From contig JAHRWI010000172.1 in NCBI GenBank assembly GCA_019090225.1, forward strand, positions 1-53,310: a DNA stretch of 53,310 bases, given 5' to 3'. This document shows, one piece after another, positions 35,971 through 44,481 of the stretch (position 1 is its first letter; every line of letters starts with the position of its first letter). The notes under the pieces are model-generated. The model searched no databases and was not told the origin of the DNA. It saw only the letters and a list, made by a program, of their open reading frames with translations. The position numbers and the translations under genes are program-made. This DNA comes from Porticoccaceae bacterium (GTDB lineage: Bacteria; Pseudomonadota; Gammaproteobacteria; Pseudomonadales; Porticoccaceae).

Positions 35971-37112
35971 AGGGACTATCGAGAATCCAGGCGATCTTTA
36001 GCAAAGAGCTCACTCAACTCAAGCGGGACAAAATGACCTTTGGCATGGTGATAATGATCCCGCTCATCCAGCTTATGCTATTTGGTTTCGCCATCAACAC
36101 CAACGTTCGCCACATACCAGCAGGTATCGTTGATTACAGTCAAACGGGCTTGAGTCGAATTTTAATTCAAACCATAGGCGCCACCCAGGTAGTCAAGTTT
36201 TCTCAGCAGTATATGAATGTCGATCAGGCTGAAGCGGCCATTGCCCGCGCCGAAATACGCGCGGTTTTGGTGATACCCAAAGATGTCAGCCAACGCCTGG
36301 CCCGCCATCCAACCGTTGGTTTGGGCTCGCCTCCCTCAAGCGATGAAGAAACCAGCCGCGCCATTGCCCAGTGGGTGGTCGACGGCTCCGACACCATGAT
36401 TGCCGCAGCGATTAAAAGCTTACGCTATATGCCGCTGGCAGAACTGCTCAACAAGCCAGTCAACCGGAGCACCCCTACCTTCGAGGTGACCTTACTTTAT
36501 AACCCTGAACAACGTACCGCCGTGAACATTGTCCCCGGCCTGGTAGGCATCATCTTAACCATGACCATGATTATGTTTACTTCAGCAGCTATTGTCCGGG
36601 AGCGGGAGCGAGGCAATCTGGAAATGTTGATTACCACACCAGTACGACCCATTGAACTAATGCTGGGGAAAATTATTCCCTACATGTTTATTGGCGCTTT
36701 ACAGGTCGCCATTATTTTAGGCCTGGGCTACGTGGTATTTAATGTGCCTTTCAATGGTGGCCTGTGGCAACTGGCCGGGGCGACCTTGATGTTTATCGCC
36801 GCTAGTCTAGTGCTCGGTTTAGTGATTTCGACCCTGGCGAAAAACCAGCTGCAAGCAACGCAAATGACCATATTTGTATTGCTACCTTCGATACTCTTAT
36901 CCGGATTTGTCTTTCCCTACGAAGGCATGCCCGAACTCGCTCAACGCATCGCCGAAATCTTACCAGCCACACATTTCATGCGCTTGGTTCGTGGCGTAAT
37001 TTTACGTGACGTAGAAATAATCGATATGAGATATGACATGATCTGGCTAGCACTATTCACAGCGATCGGTTTAGCAATCGCATCTTTTAGATTTAAGAAA
37101 AATCTGGATTAG
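35967..37112 (+). CDS. ABC-2 type transporter permease
   Basis: The track ORF starts at 35931. The GTG at 35967 overlaps the ATPase stop (GTGA) and gives the typical N-terminus VKGLSRIQAIFSKELTQLKRDK. Six predicted TM segments. Confidence 0.85.
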   Translation: MKGLSRIQAIFSKELTQLKRDKMTFGMVIMIPLIQLMLFGFAINTNVRHIPAGIVDYSQTGLSRILIQTIGATQVVKFSQQYMNVDQAEAAIARAEIRAVLVIPKDVSQRLARHPTVGLGSPPSSDEETSRAIAQWVVDGSDTMIAAAIKSLRYMPLAELLNKPVNRSTPTFEVTLLYNPEQRTAVNIVPGLVGIILTMTMIMFTSAAIVRERERGNLEMLITTPVRPIELMLGKIIPYMFIGALQVAIILGLGYVVFNVPFNGGLWQLAGATLMFIAASLVLGLVISTLAKNQLQATQMTIFVLLPSILLSGFVFPYEGMPELAQRIAEILPATHFMRLVRGVILRDVEIIDMRYDMIWLALFTAIGLAIASFRFKKNLD

Positions 37113-37174
37113 TGCTTTTAATCGGCGCTGTTCCTTTAATGGGTACTGTTTTTGAGCTTTGGTATGTTTGATAT

Positions 37175-37210
37175 GACAAGCGATAGTCTTTATAAACGCT
37201 ATCGCTTGTC
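37175..37210. terminator. 12-bp perfect hairpin between convergent genes
   Basis: GACAAGCGATAG-12 nt-CTATCGCTTGTC, located between the ABC-2 permease (+) and the LLM oxidoreductase (-). No strong U-run. Confidence 0.45.
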
Positions 37211-37268
37211 CACCAAACTTTAGAAATTAAATCGCGAATTTATTTAGACAAAAATAGTTAAACCTGAC

Positions 37269-38132
37269 TCAGCTTTTAGCAATCACCGCTTCGGCAAACT
37301 CACCCAGGCCACGTTTAAGACCTTCGGTATCCCTGGCCGGCGGATTAATCATCATCCGCGACACACCGATATCTTCGTACTGACGAACTCTGCCTGGATC
37401 AAGATTACCGCCCGCAACCGTGATTTCAATCTCTTCGGGATTACGGCCCGTCTTGGCACACTCATCACGCATCGCATCAAGCAGAGTCGGCAGGGTTTTA
37501 AAACTGCCGGAGGCGGGATAAAAACCATCACCGACTCTCGCCGCTCTTCGTGCCGCGCCTTCGACGTTGCCGCCAACAATAATTGGCACACCGGGTTTTT
37601 GTACCGGCTTGGGATTTGAGTTCTGAGGGCCCCAATTATAAAACTTACCGTCAAAGGCTTCTGGTTCATCCCTCCACAGCGAGCGAATCGCCTGGCAGGA
37701 TTCTTCGGTACGGGCGGCCCGCTCTTTAAAAGGTATCCCGACGGTTTCCATTTCTTCTTTCAACCAGCCAATGCCGATGCCCATCATGGCCCGGCCACGG
37801 GAAAGCACGTCAAGAGATGCCCATTCCTTGGCAACATAGAGCGGATTACGCTGGGGCAGAATCATAATGCCAGTGGCGAGACGAATATTTTTGGTCATGC
37901 CAGCTGCGTAGGACAGCGCTACCAGAGGATCGGGGATAGGGGCTTTTTCGCCACCAGGAAACGCGCCATCCTTACTGTAGGGATATTTTGACTGGAAACC
38001 CTGGGGCAATACTACGTGCTCCACAGCCCAGATAGATTCCATACCGACTTCTTCCGCCGTCAGCACCAAGGATTCAAATAGGTCCGGATTGGCAAAAGGC
38101 CCGGCAGTTGCAAAGGCAATTCCAAATTTCAT
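37269..38132 (-). CDS. LLM-class (luciferase-like) flavin/F420-dependent oxidoreductase
   Basis: 287 aa. MKFGIAF... N-terminus, LDVLSRGR and GIGIGW motifs typical of the luciferase-like monooxygenase fold. Confidence 0.8.
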   Translation of the reverse strand: MKFGIAFATAGPFANPDLFESLVLTAEEVGMESIWAVEHVVLPQGFQSKYPYSKDGAFPGGEKAPIPDPLVALSYAAGMTKNIRLATGIMILPQRNPLYVAKEWASLDVLSRGRAMMGIGIGWLKEEMETVGIPFKERAARTEESCQAIRSLWRDEPEAFDGKFYNWGPQNSNPKPVQKPGVPIIVGGNVEGAARRAARVGDGFYPASGSFKTLPTLLDAMRDECAKTGRNPEEIEITVAGGNLDPGRVRQYEDIGVSRMMINPPARDTEGLKRGLGEFAEAVIAKS

Positions 38133-38478
38133 AGTTATTCTCCTAACAGGCTAAATTTGATTGTGTAAGTGCTGCTTTGAGCAGATCAGCGGTAAATTAT
38201 CCCGCCAAAGGGTATCAGGCTGAACACTGAGTGTCAGCCTTTTGTCCCGGTTCAGCAGCTTTGCGGACTTCGCTCTGCCAAACTGGAAATAAGACTAGAA
38301 GCAAAGCCATTATTCAATAATGTTGACGACCGACCACCCTCCAATCTGCAGCAAACATTTAATTCATGAGCTCTTGATATACAGCACGCTGCTTGTCCGC
38401 CAAATACCTGCCCGTTTGGGATAGAATAGCGGCCAGGTATTTCCCTGTAGAGTCAGATAGTTGGTAAGCGCTCAATTT

Positions 38479-39168
38479 ATGTCTCATCTTTATTCAGCAA
38501 AAAGATCCATCTGGCTGATTACCCTGCTTGTTACCTCTGTTATCAGTGGCTGCGCGTCGTTGACGACCCCGCTTGATGACCCGATGGTTGATGCAAGACC
38601 TGAAGCAGAATGTACTCAGCCAGAATCAGCAGATGCAACAATAGACACGACCACACAAGGCACAGGCGCAAAAGAACCTGCAGCTATCTGGCCGCGACCG
38701 GTTTGCCCAAAAGCCGAACCCAAAAAATGTCCGGTCTGCGCAGCTGCCATCATCGCCAACAAACCCGTTTTGGGCGAGTATGAGTTGGTAACAGTTGCCC
38801 CGCCGGGCTTTAAGTATCTGTCCAGGATCGATACCGGGGCCACGAGTACAGCCATCCACGCCACAGATATCACCCGCTTTGAGCGCGATGGTCAAAAGTG
38901 GGTGCGTTTTGACCTGACCAACCCGGATGATCAACTTACGGTAACCCTGGAACGTAGGCTGATTAGACGCATTCGCATCAAGCAGACGGAGGATCTTCTT
39001 GATCGCCGCCTGATCGTAATGATGAACCTGCAGCTGGGCAAGATCGAGCGGCAGGTCGAAGTGTCACTAACCGACCGCTCGAAGATGGAGTTCCCTCTAC
39101 TCATTGGTCGTAACTTTCTGCTAGATACCGCAGTTGTCGATGTAAGTTTGCGGCGCACCGTTAAATAG
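38479..39168 (+). CDS. retropepsin-like aspartic protease domain protein (DUF785; often annotated as 'ATP-dependent zinc protease'), predicted lipoprotein
   Basis: The track start is the TTG at 38461. The ATG at 38479 gives the lipobox VISGC. Cys-rich linker. C-terminal domain with IDTGATSTAIHA (D-T-G active-site-like) and LIGRNFL. Confidence 0.7.
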   Translation: MSHLYSAKRSIWLITLLVTSVISGCASLTTPLDDPMVDARPEAECTQPESADATIDTTTQGTGAKEPAAIWPRPVCPKAEPKKCPVCAAAIIANKPVLGEYELVTVAPPGFKYLSRIDTGATSTAIHATDITRFERDGQKWVRFDLTNPDDQLTVTLERRLIRRIRIKQTEDLLDRRLIVMMNLQLGKIERQVEVSLTDRSKMEFPLLIGRNFLLDTAVVDVSLRRTVK

Positions 39169-39186
39169 TGGATAGGTAGCAAGGTT

Positions 39187-40722
39187 GTGATGACATCCCG
39201 CAAGCAGATTTACCTGTTATCGACGATACTTATCTGCGTCGGCCTGGGTCTGACCCTCTATAAATACTTTTTCCTGCACTTTCCTCTGTTACCCGGCAGC
39301 GTCCGCACGGTGTGGAGTGTAGAAGCAAAAATTTCTTTTAACGCTAGAGATAATTCCGTGTCGGCCGACCTGGCCTTACCCAGTATGCAGGGCGGTTATG
39401 AAATTCTTGACGAAACATTTGCGTCTTCGGGCTACCAGTTCAACATCGAAAACTTTGACGGCCAGCGCCGCGCCATCTGGGCAAACGACCACAATTCAGG
39501 TGCGCAAAATTTGTACTACAGCATGCAGGTAACACCTCGCATCAGTCGAGATATAACAACGACAGCAGCCGGCAAACCACCCAGCCATGTGTCAAAACCC
39601 ATCTGGTTAGCCGCGCAACGAGAAGCTGCATTAAGCATTATCAAATTGGCGGAAGAGCGGGCGGCCACGCCGGATAATTTCACCTACGAACTACTAAAAA
39701 TACTCAGCGGTGATCAACAGGCCGACGATACCTACCGGCTCATTAGCGCCGACAAGAGCATCTCGCGGGCCAATATGGCGTTGAAGTTGCTGGCTGAAGC
39801 CGGTGAGCAGGCGCATATTATTCGCGGCGTACAACTGGGTAACCGCACCCATAATGACCCCCCAGCGGAATTGATCGAAGTCTATGAGTCTTCCCAGTGG
39901 AAAATTTACAATCCTGACACCGCAACAGTCGGTTTACCTGATGATTTTTTTATCTGGCAACGGGGCGGCCCTTCGTTGCTTGATGTGGTCGGCGGCAGTC
40001 AGTCAAAAATTCGCTTCTCGGTGTTGTCCAATGTGATTCCGGCCAAGAATATCGCCCTCAAGCTGGCCAGAGAGCAAACCGTCGCCCTGGTCGATTTCAA
40101 CATCTACAGCTTGCCGGTGGAAAAACAGAATGTCTTCAAGTCTCTATTGCTGGTGCCAATCGGCGCGCTGGTGGTGGTGATTTTCCAGATATGGATTGGC
40201 GTGCGCACCTCAGGCACCTTTATGCCGGTGCTGATCGCGCTGGCCTTTATCCAAACCACCCTGTTCACTGGTATCGCCATCCTCCTGGTTCTCGTGGGCA
40301 TGGGCCTGTGGATACGCTCTTATCTGAGCAAAACGGATTTGCATATGGCTGCCCGCATCGGCGCAGTGTTGATAATCGTGGTAATTCTGATGGCAGGTTT
40401 TAGTGTGGCCAGTCATAAACTCGGTATCGATCAGGCCCTTAGTCTGACTTTTTTCCCCATGGTGATACTGGCCTGGACCATAGAACGCATGTCCATCACC
40501 TGGGAGGAAGACGGACCCAAGGAGGTCGCTATTCAGGGCAGCGGCAGTTTGATCGTAGCCATCGCTGCCTATCTGGCAATGACCAATAGTCTGGTCGAGC
40601 ATCTAACCTTTAACTTTCCCGAGCTACTTTTAGGCGTCCTCGGAGTTATTCTCCTGCTCGGTCAATACACCGGTTTCAGGCTGCTTGAATTCTACCGGTT
40701 TCGGCATATGGATAGCGACTAA
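39187..40722 (+). CDS. 7-TM protein with an N-terminal transglutaminase-like (probably inactive) periplasmic domain
   Basis: 511 aa. One N-terminal TM, a soluble domain of about 300 aa, then about 6-7 TM helices. Positioned between the retropepsin-like gene and the RimK-like gene. Confidence 0.65.
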   Translation: MMTSRKQIYLLSTILICVGLGLTLYKYFFLHFPLLPGSVRTVWSVEAKISFNARDNSVSADLALPSMQGGYEILDETFASSGYQFNIENFDGQRRAIWANDHNSGAQNLYYSMQVTPRISRDITTTAAGKPPSHVSKPIWLAAQREAALSIIKLAEERAATPDNFTYELLKILSGDQQADDTYRLISADKSISRANMALKLLAEAGEQAHIIRGVQLGNRTHNDPPAELIEVYESSQWKIYNPDTATVGLPDDFFIWQRGGPSLLDVVGGSQSKIRFSVLSNVIPAKNIALKLAREQTVALVDFNIYSLPVEKQNVFKSLLLVPIGALVVVIFQIWIGVRTSGTFMPVLIALAFIQTTLFTGIAILLVLVGMGLWIRSYLSKTDLHMAARIGAVLIIVVILMAGFSVASHKLGIDQALSLTFFPMVILAWTIERMSITWEEDGPKEVAIQGSGSLIVAIAAYLAMTNSLVEHLTFNFPELLLGVLGVILLLGQYTGFRLLEFYRFRHMDSD

Positions 40723-41682
40723 ATGATGTGGCTAAACCGGCGCAACAACCTGCGCGCCAAGGGTATTGTCGGTATTAACGAACGTAATATCTCGTTTATA
40801 TCAAAATATAACGAGCGTTGCCGCTTTCCTCTGGTGGACAACAAGCTGCTCACCAAGCGTGCTGCTGCGCAGGCCACTATCGCCGTGCCTGAACTCCTCG
40901 GTGTTATCGAGTCACCCTATCAGCTAAGAAAGCTGGCGAAGCTGTTAGACCCACTTGAGCAGTTTGTGGTCAAACCGGCGCGGGGCAGTGGCGGTAAAGG
41001 CATTTTGGTCATCGACCAACGAGAAGGGGAACACTTCTGCAAACCCAGCGGACAAACCCTGAGCCTGCGCAATATTCGCCACGATATATCCAATGTTCTC
41101 AGTGGCGTGTACAGCCTCGGCGGCAAGCCGGATTCGGCATTTATCGAATCCCTCGTCCTTTGCACCCCCGGCCTGCAGCACTACAGCTATGAAGGTTTGC
41201 CCGATATCCGGGTCATTATTTTTCAAGGTTTCCCCGTCATGGCCATGCTCCGCTGCCCCACCCACGCCTCGGATGGCAAGGCCAACCTGCATCAGGGTGC
41301 CGTCGGCGTTGGCCTCGATATTACTACTGGCAGCGCCCTTAATGCAGTGCAGCTTAATCGGGTTATTCATCAACATCCCGATACCGGCGTCGACTTTTCA
41401 GATCTTATTATTCCCGACTGGCCGACCTTGCTGCGACTAGCCGCCAGTTGTCACGAGTTGACCGGCCTCGGCTACCTGGGTTGCGACATCGTCATCGACA
41501 AAAACCGCGGTCCTTTATTACTTGAGATCAATGCTCGCCCAGGACTAAGCATTCAGACCGCCAGTGGCATGGGTCTAAAACAACGTCTAAGCGCCATTGA
41601 GCAACTGGCTCAGCAGGATTGGGACATCGAACAGCGGCTAAGTTATATTGAAAATAATTTTAGCCTGGCCCGCAGCGCTTAA
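40723..41682 (+). CDS. alpha-L-glutamate ligase-like (RimK-related) ATP-grasp protein
   Basis: 319 aa. The start abuts the upstream stop (TAAATG). Motifs FVVKPARGSGGKGI and LEINARPGLSIQ are typical of ATP-grasp ligases. Confidence 0.8.
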   Translation: MMWLNRRNNLRAKGIVGINERNISFISKYNERCRFPLVDNKLLTKRAAAQATIAVPELLGVIESPYQLRKLAKLLDPLEQFVVKPARGSGGKGILVIDQREGEHFCKPSGQTLSLRNIRHDISNVLSGVYSLGGKPDSAFIESLVLCTPGLQHYSYEGLPDIRVIIFQGFPVMAMLRCPTHASDGKANLHQGAVGVGLDITTGSALNAVQLNRVIHQHPDTGVDFSDLIIPDWPTLLRLAASCHELTGLGYLGCDIVIDKNRGPLLLEINARPGLSIQTASGMGLKQRLSAIEQLAQQDWDIEQRLSYIENNFSLARSA

Positions 41683-41695
41683 ACCTGATCAGCCC

Positions 41696-42730
41696 CTAAG
41701 CCAGGCTAGCCCCCAAACCGGAAAAGCTGGCCACAAATGGCCCATGATCCGACTCCGGAAATTTGCTATCAAAAGAAAACGGTAGACTTTCATCGTGGAG
41801 GTTTTCATTAAATATTTCAGCGCCGTCGAAATACTCGAGAAGACCCTGAGAAATCATCATGTGATCGAGCAAATTTCCCTGCCCGTGGTGGTAATGACTA
41901 AAGCGCACCGACTCGGGAATATTATTACTACAGGGCAGCAACACCCGCGCCCGTAAATTGGCATTATTGGTATTCTCAACACGGCCACTAATAGCCTCCA
42001 CCGGCACTTCGCCCGGCTCGGCATTAAAATCCCCACAAACCACAATTCGAGCGGCGGGGTCAGCATCGAAAATCTTGTCTACAAGGATGCGCGTTTCCAG
42101 CGCCTGACCGACCCGCTTGATCGACGACAGAAAATACCCCTCCGCCCAACCCGCTGCACTTTTCCAGGAAAAACCAGCTTTTTGCCCGCTCACGTTCGAC
42201 GCCAGTCGGGACTTTAAATGCAGGTTAATAACATGCAGCGTGGCATCCGGCAGGGCAATTTCAGCGTGCAAAATTGGTCGCTCCCAATTCAGCTCTTTTG
42301 CAGTGGTTTCCCCCGGGCTAGCCGTGACCTTGCGGTACAGTAAGGGATCGATATGGTCATTTCTGACCTGGCTAAAGTTGCTGATAGGAAATGCCGATAA
42401 AATCACCAGATTACGTTTATCGTAGGGGACATTATCTGAGGTAACGGTAAAAACCCGGTGGTAATGCTCATAGCGGGTACCCACTATGAGCTGATCCAGG
42501 GCTAGCAATTCTCGCTTCGGTGAAGAAGAGGTATGCGCAGGTAATTCCTGACCGTGGACTTCCTGCAAGCAAAGGACATCGGCCTGTAGGCGCTTAAGCG
42601 CAGTTCGCAAAACAGGTATTCGTCTCGCGAACTGGGGGTTATTGTCATCGGGTTTATCGTCGAGATTTTCTATATTAAAGGTGGCTATTTTTAACATCGC
42701 TGCACTCCCTGTATTAACGCATCGGTCCAA
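41696..42730 (-). CDS. endonuclease/exonuclease/phosphatase (EEP) family protein
   Basis: 344 aa. MLKIATFNIENL, CLQEV and SDHGP motifs. The ATG at 42697 (M12) is a more likely start than the TTG at 42730. Confidence 0.8.
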   Translation of the reverse strand: MDRCVNTGSAAMLKIATFNIENLDDKPDDNNPQFARRIPVLRTALKRLQADVLCLQEVHGQELPAHTSSSPKRELLALDQLIVGTRYEHYHRVFTVTSDNVPYDKRNLVILSAFPISNFSQVRNDHIDPLLYRKVTASPGETTAKELNWERPILHAEIALPDATLHVINLHLKSRLASNVSGQKAGFSWKSAAGWAEGYFLSSIKRVGQALETRILVDKIFDADPAARIVVCGDFNAEPGEVPVEAISGRVENTNNANLRARVLLPCSNNIPESVRFSHYHHGQGNLLDHMMISQGLLEYFDGAEIFNENLHDESLPFSFDSKFPESDHGPFVASFSGLGASLA

Positions 42731-42765
42731 ATTTTACTATTTGCTAACTCACTTCCTGGGCCAGT

Positions 42766-42800
42766 AATCCTGTTCTAGCAATCCTGTTCTAGCAATCCTG
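42766..42800. repeat. 14-nt direct repeat (aatcctgttctagc) x2.5 upstream of the EEP gene
   Basis: Copies at 42766-42779 and 42780-42793, plus a partial copy at 42794-42800. A related agcaatc recurs at 42819-42825. Confidence 0.85.
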
Positions 42801-42854
42801 ACCCCGGAATTTAAACCCAGCAATCAGTCTTATTATAAAGATAGTATAAGCAAC

Positions 42855-43691
42855 TCAGCTTACAGTAATGATCTTCGCAAAAACCTCTTCGTCGTCTAAA
42901 GCCTCCTGGCGAGCGCTTAAATCCAGCGACCCACACAGCGCCCGCAAAGGAACTTCCAGTACCTGCTCAGCATTGCTTAGTAAGAGCTGCTGGGCCTCCG
43001 CAGTCGGATGAATACCATCTTCCTGCATAAGCCTCTCGTGCTCTGCTACCCCGGTGAGAAAAAAATTTAGCAGGGCCACTTGTTCATCCCGTGCAACATC
43101 GGCAATGGCCTGTTCAAATAAACGCCGATAGGCTTCACCATAATTGGGCGGGATCAATATTCCCAGCAACACCGGCTCGGCACCTGACTCCCTCACTAAA
43201 CCTATCATTGTTTGAAAATTATGTTGCATTTGTGCGGGCGACAAACCCCGTAAACCATCATTACCCCCCAGCTCGATAACCACCAGGGCCGGTTTCAGTC
43301 GCGCCAGTAAGTCTGGCAAGCGAAGCAAGCCACCGGCCGTTGTCTCACCACTAACCGAGGCATTATGTACGGCGATATGAGGGCATTGTTGGTGTAATTG
43401 ATCCTCCAGCAAAGCGACCCAACCCGCCGACTTGTCAATACCGTACGCTGCACTGATACTGTCTCCCAGTACGAGCACACCACCGGCTAGCTCAGTAGGT
43501 GGTGACTCAGCCGCAAGCCGGTCAGAGGCCAGCGTTTCGCCGCTTTGCAAAACGCAGACCATAAACACCAGAGCAAAAGGCACTATGCCTAATAGCTTCA
43601 GAACCGAGCCTCGTATGGCTAAACTCCGAAAAACTAAACTCTGAAAAACTAAACCCTTAACAAAAGCCCTCATGAATAAAATTCCCGACAT
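42855..43691 (-). CDS. tesA: SGNH/GDSL arylesterase-thioesterase TesA-like
   Basis: 278 aa. GDSIS catalytic block (VLVLGDSISAAYG), GGNDGLRG and DGIHP. Divergent from ybbA as in E. coli. The start is ambiguous (ATG at 43691 or 43673). Confidence 0.85.
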   Translation of the reverse strand: MSGILFMRAFVKGLVFQSLVFRSLAIRGSVLKLLGIVPFALVFMVCVLQSGETLASDRLAAESPPTELAGGVLVLGDSISAAYGIDKSAGWVALLEDQLHQQCPHIAVHNASVSGETTAGGLLRLPDLLARLKPALVVIELGGNDGLRGLSPAQMQHNFQTMIGLVRESGAEPVLLGILIPPNYGEAYRRLFEQAIADVARDEQVALLNFFLTGVAEHERLMQEDGIHPTAEAQQLLLSNAEQVLEVPLRALCGSLDLSARQEALDDEEVFAKIITVS

Positions 43692-44481
43692 TAATCAAGC
43701 CTCGTCTGAGACATCAAATTTGAAAACACCTCTACAATCAGAACCACTTTTGCAAACCCAGCCGCTTCTAGTAGCCGAGTCCCTGGGTAAAACCGTACCC
43801 GGCCCCGATGGCGAACTCACCTTGCTCGAAGGCATTGATTTTACCCTATCCCCCGGCCAAAGCGTGGCCATTACCGGCCCTTCTGGGAGTGGCAAATCGA
43901 CCTTGCTGGGTTTACTGGCGGGACTCGACACGCCCACATCAGGGCAAGTCTTGCTTGAGGGCAAGCCATTCAGCCAGCTTGATGAGGATGGCCGGGCCAT
44001 TCGGCGTGGACAACTTTGCGCCTTTGTGTTCCAGCATTTCCACCTGGTCAACGATTTAAACGCCCTGGAAAATGTCATGCTGCCCCTGGAGCTCAAGGGT
44101 GCCGCCAACCCGAAAGTCACTGCCAGTCACTGGCTGGAACGAGTTGGTCTGGAGCATCGACTCAAGCATTTCCCCTCTACGCTCTCCGGTGGGGAACAAC
44201 AGCGTGTTGCTCTGGCCCGGGCCTTTGCTGTACAGCCGCGCTTACTCTTTGCCGACGAACCCACGGGCAGTCTGGACCATGCCAATGGCGGACGCATCGG
44301 GGAGTTATTATTCGATCTGAATCGCGAAACCGGCACCGCCCTGGTACTGGTCACCCACGACGAACAACTGGCCGGGCGTTGCCAGCGCCACCTGCAACTG
44401 GAAGAAGGTCGTCTTTTTGAAAAGCCGGAGCCCGGTCCCGTAAGTACGAAGGAAATAAGCGCCAGGGACGCTGCCCCATGA
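43672..44481 (+). CDS. ybbA: ABC transporter ATP-binding protein YbbA-like
   Basis: 269 aa. Walker A GPSGSGKST, signature LSGGEQQRVALAR and Walker B LLFADEPTGSLD. The conserved core starts near LLVAESLGK, so the TTG at 43750 is an alternative start. Confidence 0.88.
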   Translation: MNKIPDINQASSETSNLKTPLQSEPLLQTQPLLVAESLGKTVPGPDGELTLLEGIDFTLSPGQSVAITGPSGSGKSTLLGLLAGLDTPTSGQVLLEGKPFSQLDEDGRAIRRGQLCAFVFQHFHLVNDLNALENVMLPLELKGAANPKVTASHWLERVGLEHRLKHFPSTLSGGEQQRVALARAFAVQPRLLFADEPTGSLDHANGGRIGELLFDLNRETGTALVLVTHDEQLAGRCQRHLQLEEGRLFEKPEPGPVSTKEISARDAAP

